Positions 1 to 8,850 of a DNA stretch of 47,969 nt are shown piece after piece. Each line of letters starts with the position of its first letter. Position 1 is the first letter of the stretch. The stretch is from Bacillota bacterium (GTDB taxonomy: Bacteria > Bacillota > Clostridia > Tissierellales > Sedimentibacteraceae). The translations under genes and the position numbers were made by a program. The notes under the pieces are model-generated. The model worked only from the letters and a program-made list of their open reading frames with translations, made no database searches and was not told the origin of the DNA. The stretch spans positions 1 to 47,969 of the forward strand of contig DAIUCB010000001.1 in NCBI GenBank assembly GCA_036846385.1, written 5' to 3'.

Positions 1-192
1 GTAAGCACAACATGAATAAAATTAAATACCAAAATGAGTCATATGGAAAATATTAAAAATGGATATACCGGCGGTGACGAAATCAGAAGAATTATTTATA
101 TCGGCGATTATTTATATACATTCTCCGATAATATGATGCAGGTTCGTCAGATAAATAATAGCTATAAAATAAGTGAGTTAATAATTAAATAA
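1..192 (+). CDS. 3' end of a probable secreted beta-propeller domain protein (partial; in-frame TGA at 13-15)
   Basis: Frame 1 reads VSTT*IKLNTKMSH...EIRRIIYIGDYLYTFSDNMMQVRQINNSYKISELIIK*. The IRR-IYIGD-LYT-S motif resembles the C-terminus of clostridial beta-propeller proteins. A terminator follows directly. Confidence 0.55.
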
Positions 193-227
193 ATCAAATG
201 GGAGGCTGACAGCCTCCCTGTTTGATT
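192..227. terminator. Bidirectional intrinsic terminator
   Basis: GGGAGGCT-GAC-AGCCTCCC stem flanked by AATCAAA/TTTGATT, lying between convergent genes. Confidence 0.8.
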
Positions 228-228
228 C

Positions 229-2289
229 TTAGCCCTTACTGTCAAGATTATGCAAAAAGCTTTTGCCGCTTTCAGTCAGGAAAGCGCCTGCACTTCCCTT
301 GCCGAACTCAATTAAGCAGTTGTCGCATAATAGATGCAGCAATGTTCTCAGCTTATATTCGCTTACATCATATCCCTTTAATTTCAATTCCTGAAGTATT
401 CTTCTTCTTCCTCCCCCATATTGATATATAATATTTATAATTAAATTAAGCAGATTTTTATCCTTTATATTAATATCGCTGAAAATATCATCATTTAAAT
501 CGGATCTTCTATCATTTGCTTCTTCTAATATATATTCTGGAATATGCTCCATTTTAATATATCGTCCTGAGATACTCGACATATATTCTATGCAATTTCT
601 TAATTCTCTTATATTTCCATGCCATGAGAAGCTTGTTAAAAACTCCATCAAATCCGGATTAATAATTTTATCATTTGAATTTTCATTTTCCAAAAAATTC
701 TGTATAAGCAAAGGTATATCATCGGCCCGTTTTCTTATCGGAGGTATATTGATTATTAAGGTATTAAGTCGGTAATATAAATCTAATCTGAAGTCGCCGG
801 ATTTTACAAGCTCCTTTAAATTTCTGTTGGTAGCTGCAATTATCCTGACGTCAACCGAGATAATTTCTTCGCTTCCAAGTCTCATAATTTCCTTTTCCTC
901 CAATACCCTTAACAGCTTTGCCTGGGTCTCGGGATTAATATCACCTATTTCATCTAAAAACAAGGTGCCTCTGTGTGCCATTTCAAAGTAACCAAGCTTT
1001 CCGCCCTTTTTAGCACCGGTAAAGGCTCCCTCTTCATAACCGAACAATTCGCTTTCCAGTAAGGTAGAGGGCAAAGATGCACAGTTTATAGCTATAAAGG
1101 GGAAGTTTTTTCTTGAGGATTCATTATGTATTGATTGAGCGAACAGCTCCTTACCTGTTCCGCTTTCTCCCGTTATAAGTGTAGGCTTATCAATTTTTGC
1201 AACAATCCGTGCTTTTTTTATACAGTCCTTTATTTCCTTGCTGTTTCCGATTATTGAATCAAAGGTATATTTAGCTATATGTCCTTTTTTGACCAATTGC
1301 TTTCTTAAGGTATTTTCTAAATTCATAATTTCGGTTACATCTTTTATTAATACTATGTAAATATCTTCGGAATGGTCCTTTTTATTAATTTTTTCCTTTG
1401 AAATTAAAATACTTTTACCTCTTTTAATTTCAACTAATTTGTTTTTAAATTCATTATTGATTGATATTATTTTAAAAATATCGCTGAATTCACACATTTT
1501 GCTGATATTCATATTTAATATAACCTTGTTGATATTGAACATATTTAATATGTTGCTGTTGTAATTTATTATATTGTAATGTTTATCAAATATTATTATA
1601 GCGTAATCTATGCAATCCATAATGGTTTGAAACTGTATCTTAGCCATAGAGGAATTATCATACATATCAATCATAAAGCTGTAGGGAGTCATTAAATCCT
1701 GACAGTATGAATAAATTCTGTTTTCTAATTTATCGTCTAATATACCTGCATAGGTAGTAATGTCCATCAGAGTGGAAAAGGCTATTTTTCTTTTACCTAA
1801 GCTTACTATTTTGCTGATACAATCAGGTACAATAGCTGAGTTTTCACCTACGATAGCTATATCATAATTTTTATCCAATGTATCGCTTTCCGGATTATAT
1901 GCTTTAAGATTTAAATTTTTAACTCCAAGCTCATAAAGCATTGAAGCAGTTTGATGAGAAACAGAATAAAAATTAAAGCATATCAGTGCATTTGTATCAT
2001 TTGGGAAGCTTTTAAGGTAGTCAATCTTATTTTTAAGAAAAGCATAATTTAAGTAAATAACCTTGCAGTCATTTTTAACATAATTTTTTACTATTGTAAA
2101 TGTGTTTGGATTTGTAATAATTAAAATATCCACACTGCTTAGTATATTGATACCTATAGGATTAATATGATCGGTTTCTAAGCTGTAAGATACTATTTGA
2201 AAGTAATCGCTGAAAAGGCTTTCCAATTCCGAATAATACATATTTCCGATTTCTTTTCTTATTGTTACCAGTGCCAGTTTTTTTTTCAT
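229..2289 (-). CDS. Sigma54-dependent enhancer-binding transcriptional activator (PAS-like + AAA+ + C-terminal winged-HTH-like)
   Basis: Walker A GESGTGKE, ESELFGYEEGAFTGA, LFLDEIG, RLDLYYRL and WHGNIREL motifs. Start moved from 2394 to ATG 2289 (MKKKLAL), which has a GAGGTG RBS. Confidence 0.93.
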   Translation of the reverse strand: MKKKLALVTIRKEIGNMYYSELESLFSDYFQIVSYSLETDHINPIGINILSSVDILIITNPNTFTIVKNYVKNDCKVIYLNYAFLKNKIDYLKSFPNDTNALICFNFYSVSHQTASMLYELGVKNLNLKAYNPESDTLDKNYDIAIVGENSAIVPDCISKIVSLGKRKIAFSTLMDITTYAGILDDKLENRIYSYCQDLMTPYSFMIDMYDNSSMAKIQFQTIMDCIDYAIIIFDKHYNIINYNSNILNMFNINKVILNMNISKMCEFSDIFKIISINNEFKNKLVEIKRGKSILISKEKINKKDHSEDIYIVLIKDVTEIMNLENTLRKQLVKKGHIAKYTFDSIIGNSKEIKDCIKKARIVAKIDKPTLITGESGTGKELFAQSIHNESSRKNFPFIAINCASLPSTLLESELFGYEEGAFTGAKKGGKLGYFEMAHRGTLFLDEIGDINPETQAKLLRVLEEKEIMRLGSEEIISVDVRIIAATNRNLKELVKSGDFRLDLYYRLNTLIINIPPIRKRADDIPLLIQNFLENENSNDKIINPDLMEFLTSFSWHGNIRELRNCIEYMSSISGRYIKMEHIPEYILEEANDRRSDLNDDIFSDINIKDKNLLNLIINIIYQYGGGRRRILQELKLKGYDVSEYKLRTLLHLLCDNCLIEFGKGSAGAFLTESGKSFLHNLDSKG

Positions 2290-2419
2290 GAAACACCTCA
2301 AATTATTTTTACCCCGGTATGAGCCTGATATAGTCCCGTAAAATCCCATTAAAAAATCATTTACAATAATGAAGATTAATTCAAATTTTGGCATATCAAT
2401 GATTATTTACAACATTTTT

Positions 2420-2501
2420 CAATGATGAAAGCATTATATCATTGGGATGAAATATTATCAATATAATATTTATTTTTTATACAATATCGTAATGCTTCAT
2501 T
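2420..2501. promoter_or_regulatory. Putative upstream activator sequences for the sigma54 activator
   Basis: Inverted repeat CAATGAT-N11-ATCATTG plus repeated ATGAA(A)GCATTA-like boxes at about 2425, 2447 and (reverse) 2489-2500, roughly 70-150 bp upstream of the -24 element. Confidence 0.45.
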
Positions 2502-2571
2502 TTTTTTCTTACTAATAAAATTTAGCTATATTAACGTTTTATCAGATTAAAATATTTTTGTTTTTTATTAA

Positions 2572-2587
2572 TGGCATATGAATTGCA
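2572..2587 (+). promoter_or_regulatory. Sigma54 (-24/-12) promoter
   Basis: TGGCATATGAATTGCA, with GG and GC exactly 10 nt apart; adjacent to a divergent EBP gene. Confidence 0.88.
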
Positions 2588-2641
2588 AACATTGCTTCTA
2601 TATAACTGCATTTAATTATATAGGACAGGAGGTGAGGATTA

Positions 2642-3172
2642 ATGACTAATGTTTATTTTGATATTTTTAAAGCCTTTGTAGGACCGGGATCATTAACCTT
2701 TGGGGGAGGACCGGCATCAATACCCCTTATTCAAAAGGAAGTAGTTGATACCTTCAAATGGATGACTATAGAAGAGTTTGCCGATTCATTGGCTTTGGGA
2801 AATACATTGCCGGGGCCTATAGCACCTAAAATGGCATCCTTGATAGGTTATAAAATGGGAGGCTTGCTTGGCTCCTTGGTAGGTATTATTGCTACTGTAG
2901 CACCGACAGCCATAGCTATAATTTTATTGTTTGGTATTTATAATAAATTTAAAGATGCAGACTGGCTAAAAGGAGCAATGGCAGGTGTGAGGCCGGTTGT
3001 AATGGTAATGCTGGCTCAAGCAGCTTGGGTGATGATACCGTCAAGTCTGACAGGAATTAAAACTGTAATAATTTGTATATTGGCAATTGTAGGTCTGGGG
3101 GTAATAAAGCTGCATCCTTTAATAATGATTTTAATCGGTTTATCATATGGAGGTGTTTTATTAAGACCATAG
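2642..3172 (+). CDS. Short-chain chromate-ion transporter (CHR) family protein
   Basis: FGGG...IQKEVV..KW...EEF...LALG..LPGP motifs; hydrophobic 176 aa; GGAGGTG RBS. Confidence 0.88.
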   Translation: MTNVYFDIFKAFVGPGSLTFGGGPASIPLIQKEVVDTFKWMTIEEFADSLALGNTLPGPIAPKMASLIGYKMGGLLGSLVGIIATVAPTAIAIILLFGIYNKFKDADWLKGAMAGVRPVVMVMLAQAAWVMIPSSLTGIKTVIICILAIVGLGVIKLHPLIMILIGLSYGGVLLRP

Positions 3173-3241
3173 CAGTATATTTTAACAGTCACACCATTTA
3201 TTATTTAAAATTTTTTACCCAATTTTAGGAGGAAAAAGAAA

Positions 3242-4822
3242 ATGAAAAAAATAATTTCATTAGTAATTGTTACAATGATTATTTTAAGTATTATTTTGAC
3301 AGGCTGCAGCGCAGCAAAAAATGCTGATAACGCAAACACTGACACAAACTCAAATACAAATTCAAGTACTGATGCTGCTAAGGATTCAGAAAAATCAAAG
3401 AAAACTGAAATAATATTTGCGCAAAAGGCTGATATTGTATCACTAGACCCTCATGCTACAAATGATTCACCGTCAGCAAATTTAACCAGACAAATATACA
3501 GCTCTCTTGTTAAAACGAATGTTGATATGGAATATGAAGGCGATTTAGCTGAATCATGGAGTATTTTGTCACCTACAGAATGGGAGTTTAAGCTGAGAAA
3601 AGGTGTTAAATGGCATGACGGAAGTGATTTTAAAGCAAGCGACGTAAAATTCAGTATAGAAAGACAAAAACAAGGACCTAAGGTTAAGCATTTGGTCAAT
3701 ATGATAACTGAAGTCAAGGTAATCGATGATTATACTGTAGTATTGGTTACAGATAAACCATGCGGACCTTTACTTGCTAATTTAGCCCACAGCGCTTCAA
3801 GAATAGTTCCGGAAAAGGCATGTACAGAATATGGTGACAAATTCGCCGAGCATCCCACAGGAACAGGACCTATGAAATTTGTTGAATGGATTCCCGGAGA
3901 CAGGGTAGTACTTGAGAGATTTAATGATTATTTTGAAGGGCAGCCTGCAACTGAAAGACTCGTTATGAGAGTTATACCTGAAGGCACCAGCAGAACAATA
4001 GCATTAGAAACAGGAGAGGTTGATTTAATATTAGATGTTGAGCCTGTTGATAAAGAAAAAATAGAAAGCAATAAGGGTTTAAAGCTGTATGAAAAAATGT
4101 CTAACAGAACTGAATGGTTATCCTTAAATAATAAAAAGGCACCATTTGACAATAAGCTTGTAAGAAAGGCAATTAACCATGCAATTGATAAGCAAGCTGT
4201 AATTGAGGTTGCAACTGACGGAAGGGGTATGGTTGCAAATACTGTTATAGGACCTACAGTCCTAGGCTATAACCCAGATGTTCCTGTATATGATTATAAT
4301 CCTGAAAAAGCAAAGGAATTATTGAAGGAAGCAGGTTATCCTGACGGATTCACCACTACACTTTGGTCTTCGGGAGATGTCAGAAACAGAGCTGCCGAAG
4401 TAATACAAGCTAACTTAGCAGATGTGGGAATTACAGCAAATATTGAACTTATGGAATGGGGAGCATATTTGGACAAAACCTCAGCAGGTGAACATAATAT
4501 GCATCTTCTCGGATGGTCTAATTTAACCGGTGACGGTGACGGAGGAATGTATCCGAATTTCCATTCAAGCAGTCAGGGAGCAGCCGGCAATAAATGCTTT
4601 TTCGAAAATAAAGAAGTTGACAGATTGCTGGAGGCAGGCAGAACTGAAACAGATTTTGCCAAGAGACCGAAATATTATCAGGATGCCCAATTAATTATTA
4701 TGGAAGAAGCAGCAATGGTACCTTTATATTTCCAACCGACTGAAATAGGTGCAAGAGCAGACCTTAAGGGCGTAGAGCTCCACCCGGGCAGCCTGCACAG
4801 ATTCCATATGCTGCATTATTAA
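3242..4822 (+). CDS. Peptide/glutathione-type ABC transporter substrate-binding lipoprotein (family 5)
   Basis: Lipobox ILTGC, Asn/Thr-rich linker, SLDPH, LRKGVKWHDG, PTGTGP. Confidence 0.93.
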   Translation: MKKIISLVIVTMIILSIILTGCSAAKNADNANTDTNSNTNSSTDAAKDSEKSKKTEIIFAQKADIVSLDPHATNDSPSANLTRQIYSSLVKTNVDMEYEGDLAESWSILSPTEWEFKLRKGVKWHDGSDFKASDVKFSIERQKQGPKVKHLVNMITEVKVIDDYTVVLVTDKPCGPLLANLAHSASRIVPEKACTEYGDKFAEHPTGTGPMKFVEWIPGDRVVLERFNDYFEGQPATERLVMRVIPEGTSRTIALETGEVDLILDVEPVDKEKIESNKGLKLYEKMSNRTEWLSLNNKKAPFDNKLVRKAINHAIDKQAVIEVATDGRGMVANTVIGPTVLGYNPDVPVYDYNPEKAKELLKEAGYPDGFTTTLWSSGDVRNRAAEVIQANLADVGITANIELMEWGAYLDKTSAGEHNMHLLGWSNLTGDGDGGMYPNFHSSSQGAAGNKCFFENKEVDRLLEAGRTETDFAKRPKYYQDAQLIIMEEAAMVPLYFQPTEIGARADLKGVELHPGSLHRFHMLHY

Positions 4823-4859
4823 TAATTAGTCAATACTTGTTATAGATATTATATATAAC

Positions 4860-4927
4860 AAAGCGTATTTGTATCTATTTAAAGAAAGAATTGTCCCTCC
4901 GCCTTTAATTAAGATCAAATACGCTTT
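4860..4927 (+). promoter_or_regulatory. Long stem-loop between the SBP and permease genes (mRNA stabiliser or partial terminator)
   Basis: AAAGCGTATTTG...CAAATACGCTTT arms with inner ATCT/AGAT and TTAAAG/CTTTAA pairing. Confidence 0.6.
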
Positions 4928-4983
4928 AAATAATATTTTAATCTATATATTGCATTTAGCTATGAAGCTGCAAGGAGGTATAA

Positions 4984-5910
4984 ATGTATAAATATATTAT
5001 AAAAAGGTTTGCAATGGTAATTCCGGTAATAATCGGAGTTTCATTTTTAGTTTATTATATAATAAGCCTTACGCCGGGAGATCCGGTAAAAATGATGCTG
5101 GGGGAAGAAGCCAGCCATGAATCTATACAGGCAGTAAGGGATGAACTTGGTCTTGATAAGCCAATCATAATTCAATATGTAAAATATATGTCAAAGCTGG
5201 TAAGAGGGGACTTAGGTGTCTCCTACAGAAGTAAAAAGCCTGTATTCGGTGAAATAACTGCAAGAATTCCGATTACTTTTGAATTGACTTTTTGGTCTAT
5301 GCTGGTAGCAATTATTATAGCAATTCCTATAGGAGTTATTTCTGCGACAAAGCAGTATTCATTGACAGACAGCATATCTATGATAGCGACGCTGTTGGCT
5401 GCGGCAGTGCCTCATTTTTGGCTCGGTCTTATGCTTATAATTTGGTTTTCTTTAAAACTGGGATGGCTTCCGTCAGGTGGTGCCGACGGAATAAAAAGCA
5501 TGATACTTCCCGCAATTACTCTTGGTACCGGTGCTGCGGCTATTGTGACAAGAATGACCAGATCCTCGATGCTTGAGGTAGTAAGACAGGATTATATACG
5601 TACGGCAAAGGCAAAGGGAGTAAATAAAAAGGTAGTAATAAGAAAGCACGCTTTAAGAAATGCTCTTATACCTATAGTTACTGTCGTAGGGTTGCAATTT
5701 GGACATATGCTTGGAGGAGCAGTTTTAACTGAAACAGTATTTTCTCTTCCCGGTATGGGCAGATTGATGGTTGATTCAATCAAGAGCAAGGACACACCAA
5801 TGGTATTGGGATGTATAATTATTTTAGCTACAATTTTTAGCTTAGTAAATTTATGCATTGATATTTTATATGCATTTATCGACCCGAGAATAAAGTCAGT
5901 TTATAAGTAG
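4984..5910 (+). CDS. Dpp/Opp ABC transporter permease (DppB-like)
   Basis: PGDP N-terminus, RSSMLEV..QDYIRTAKAKG loop, HALRNALIP. Confidence 0.93.
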   Translation: MYKYIIKRFAMVIPVIIGVSFLVYYIISLTPGDPVKMMLGEEASHESIQAVRDELGLDKPIIIQYVKYMSKLVRGDLGVSYRSKKPVFGEITARIPITFELTFWSMLVAIIIAIPIGVISATKQYSLTDSISMIATLLAAAVPHFWLGLMLIIWFSLKLGWLPSGGADGIKSMILPAITLGTGAAAIVTRMTRSSMLEVVRQDYIRTAKAKGVNKKVVIRKHALRNALIPIVTVVGLQFGHMLGGAVLTETVFSLPGMGRLMVDSIKSKDTPMVLGCIIILATIFSLVNLCIDILYAFIDPRIKSVYK

Positions 5911-5919
5911 GAGGTTAGT

Positions 5920-6834
5920 ATGTTTGCAGAAAAAGCTGAAAACAATAAGGAAGTTTTTTCAAAAGAAGAAATAATTAAAAAATATAAAAAAAGAAGCCAG
6001 CTGTGGGAGGTATGGAGACGTCTCAGAAAAAATAAATTAGCCATAATCGGTTTAATAATAATTTTAACGTTAGCTATTACAGCCATATGTGCTGACTTTA
6101 TTGCTGATTATAACAGCGTTGTTATTAAGCAAAATATAAAAATCAGATTACAGCCTCCAAGCAATGATCATATATTCGGTACAGATGAATTTGGAAGAGA
6201 TATTTTTTCAAGGTTGGTTCACGGTACAAGGGTATCACTTACCGTAGGGTTGATTTCGGTAGGTATTGCACTGACCATAGGAGGTTTTTTAGGTGCGATA
6301 GCCGGATATTACGGTAAGAAAGTTGATAATGTAATAATGAGAATTATGGATATTTTTCTTGCGGTCCCTAATATACTTCTTGCAATCGCAATAGTATCGG
6401 CATTAGGTACCAGCATAGTAAATCTGATGATAGCGGTAGGCATTTCGAGTATTCCTACTTACGCAAGGATAGTCAGAGCATCTGTTTTGTCAATTAAGGA
6501 TCAGGAATTTGTCGAAGCGGCAAAAGCAATAGGAGCAAAGGATTTAACAATTATTGTAACTCATATAATTCCTAATTCCCTGGCACCTGTTATTGTACAG
6601 GCAACTCTCGGGGTAGCAAATGCAATATTGTCAACCGCGGCATTAAGCTTTATCGGATTGGGGATACAGCCTCCTGCACCTGAATGGGGAGCAATGCTTT
6701 CAGGGGGCAGAACATTCCTCAGGGATGCAACTCATATAACCATATTTCCCGGGATTGCCATCATGATAACAATACTGGCATTAAATATGCTTGGAGACGG
6801 TTTGAGGGATGCACTTGATCCAAAATTGAAGTAG
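5920..6834 (+). CDS. Dpp/Opp ABC transporter permease (DppC-like)
   Basis: [39 protein letters not shown]. Confidence 0.93.
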   Translation: MFAEKAENNKEVFSKEEIIKKYKKRSQLWEVWRRLRKNKLAIIGLIIILTLAITAICADFIADYNSVVIKQNIKIRLQPPSNDHIFGTDEFGRDIFSRLVHGTRVSLTVGLISVGIALTIGGFLGAIAGYYGKKVDNVIMRIMDIFLAVPNILLAIAIVSALGTSIVNLMIAVGISSIPTYARIVRASVLSIKDQEFVEAAKAIGAKDLTIIVTHIIPNSLAPVIVQATLGVANAILSTAALSFIGLGIQPPAPEWGAMLSGGRTFLRDATHITIFPGIAIMITILALNMLGDGLRDALDPKLK

Positions 6835-6844
6835 GAGGAGCAAT

Positions 6845-7846
6845 ATGGAAAACGAAAAACTGGCAGTTGATATAGAAAATTTAGTTGTTGAGTTTAAAAC
6901 CGATGATGAAACAGTAAAGGCTGTAAACGGTGTGAATTTAAAGCTGGCGAAGGGTAAAACTCTTGGCTTGGTCGGTGAGACAGGTGCAGGCAAAACGACA
7001 ACAGCATTATCAATTTTAAGATTAGTACCTAATCCACCGGGTATAATTAAGGAAGGTAAAATAACACTGGACGGAAAAAATTTATTTGAGTATACTGAGG
7101 ATGAGATGGATAAAATTCGGGGTAATAAGGTTTCTATGATTTTTCAGGATCCCATGACCTCCCTGAACCCTGTTATGACGGTTGGAGAACAAATTTCAGA
7201 GGGTATACAGATACACCAGAATATGAACAGCAAGGATGCGATGAATAAGGCTGAAGAAATGCTAGAGCTGGTTGGAATACCAAAGGACAGATCCTCCGAA
7301 TATCCCCATCAGTTTTCAGGAGGTATGAAGCAAAGAGTAGTAATAGCAATTGCCTTATCCTGTAACCCTCAGTTACTTATTGCAGATGAACCTACTACTG
7401 CTCTTGATGTGACAATTCAAGCACAGGTTCTCGAGCTGATGAAGCAGCTAAGAGAAAAATATGATACCTCTATGATTATGATAACTCATGATCTTGGTAT
7501 AGTAGCGGAGGTTTGTGACGAGGTTTCGATTATGTATGCAGGTAAAATAGTAGAACATGGAAATTTAGAGGATATTTTTGAGAATACAAAGCATCCCTAT
7601 ACAGAAGGATTATTTAATTCCCTTCCCAATATAGCAGACAGGAAAGCAATGCTTAATCCCATTAAAGGGTTAATGCCCGATCCGACTGACTTACCGAAGG
7701 GCTGTTCATTTCATCCAAGATGCATTTATGCTAAGGATATTTGCAGTAAAAGAGAACCTGCTGAAACTAAGTTAAGTGATACTCATTATGTTTGTTGTTT
7801 AGCCTATGAAAATACCGAAGTTAAAATAAACGGAGGTGTAAATTAA
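6845..7846 (+). CDS. Dpp/Opp ABC ATP-binding protein (DppD-like)
   Basis: [30 protein letters not shown] and a C-terminal Cys cluster. Confidence 0.95.
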   Translation: MENEKLAVDIENLVVEFKTDDETVKAVNGVNLKLAKGKTLGLVGETGAGKTTTALSILRLVPNPPGIIKEGKITLDGKNLFEYTEDEMDKIRGNKVSMIFQDPMTSLNPVMTVGEQISEGIQIHQNMNSKDAMNKAEEMLELVGIPKDRSSEYPHQFSGGMKQRVVIAIALSCNPQLLIADEPTTALDVTIQAQVLELMKQLREKYDTSMIMITHDLGIVAEVCDEVSIMYAGKIVEHGNLEDIFENTKHPYTEGLFNSLPNIADRKAMLNPIKGLMPDPTDLPKGCSFHPRCIYAKDICSKREPAETKLSDTHYVCCLAYENTEVKINGGVN

Positions 7847-8793
7847 TGAATAAATTATTAGAGGTAAAAAATTTAAAGAAATATTTCAAAACAAAAAAGG
7901 GCTTGCTGTATGCTGTAGATGATGTAACCTTTTCAATTGAAAAGGGCAAGACCTTAGGTATAGTTGGGGAGTCGGGATGCGGAAAATCAACAACCGGCAG
8001 AGCAATTTTAAGATTATTAGAGCCTACGGCTGGAGAGGTAATTTTTGAGGGTAAAAATATTTTAACCTATGGCAATGAGGAAATGAGAAAAATGAGAACC
8101 AAAATGCAAATTATCTTTCAGGACCCATTTGCGTCTCTCGATCCAAGGAAAACCGTCAGTGAAATAATAGGAGAGCCTCTTAAGCTTAACAAAATAATAA
8201 CCGATAAAAAGGAAAGAAATTTAAAGGTACTGGAGCTTATGGAAACCGTAGGTCTTGCAGAAAGACTTGTCAATACCTACCCTCATGAGCTTGACGGAGG
8301 GAGAAGGCAAAGAATAGGTATTGCCCGTGCCCTTTCTCTCAATCCTAAATTTATAGTTTGTGACGAGCCTGTTTCGGCATTGGATGTTTCTATTCAGGCG
8401 CAAATTCTAAACTTGTTGAAAACATTGCAGAAGGAATTTGATTTAACATATATATTTATAACACATGATTTATCGGTAGTAAATTATTTCGCGGATGAAA
8501 TAGCGGTAATGTATTTAGGAAAGGTTGTTGAAAAGGCACCATCTGAAAAACTGTTCGAAAATCCTATGCATCCTTATACTCAGGCTCTCCTTTCAGCAAT
8601 ACCGGTGCCGGATATCAGAAAACGCAGCAACAGAATTATATTAAAGGGAGAAATTTCTTCACCTATCGATCCTAAGCCGGGATGCAGGTTTGCGCCTAGA
8701 TGTAATTATGTAAAGGATGAATGTAAAAAAATCGGTCCCGAATTAATTGAAAAAAATTCTGAGCATTATGTATCATGCCATTTATTCAAATAA
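7846..8793 (+). CDS. Dpp/Opp ABC ATP-binding protein (DppF-like)
   Basis: GESGCGKS, LDGGRRQR, CDEPVSALD, HPYTQALL; coupled to the previous gene by TAATG. Confidence 0.95.
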   Translation: MNKLLEVKNLKKYFKTKKGLLYAVDDVTFSIEKGKTLGIVGESGCGKSTTGRAILRLLEPTAGEVIFEGKNILTYGNEEMRKMRTKMQIIFQDPFASLDPRKTVSEIIGEPLKLNKIITDKKERNLKVLELMETVGLAERLVNTYPHELDGGRRQRIGIARALSLNPKFIVCDEPVSALDVSIQAQILNLLKTLQKEFDLTYIFITHDLSVVNYFADEIAVMYLGKVVEKAPSEKLFENPMHPYTQALLSAIPVPDIRKRSNRIILKGEISSPIDPKPGCRFAPRCNYVKDECKKIGPELIEKNSEHYVSCHLFK

Positions 8794-8850
8794 ATCAAAG
8801 CGTATACATTATAAGTATGCTTAATATATTATCACAAGGAGTTATACAAA

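Noticed and set aside
2290..2394. 35-aa N-terminal extension of the EBP given in the ORF track
   Set aside because: A good RBS precedes ATG 2289; the extension runs through promoter-like AT-rich DNA.
2389..2405. Second TGGCATATC sigma54-like element
   Set aside because: No GC at the -12 position.
3320..3400. Low-complexity ACAAA-rich stretch as a repeat array
   Set aside because: It encodes the ordinary Asn/Thr/Ser linker after the lipoprotein cysteine.
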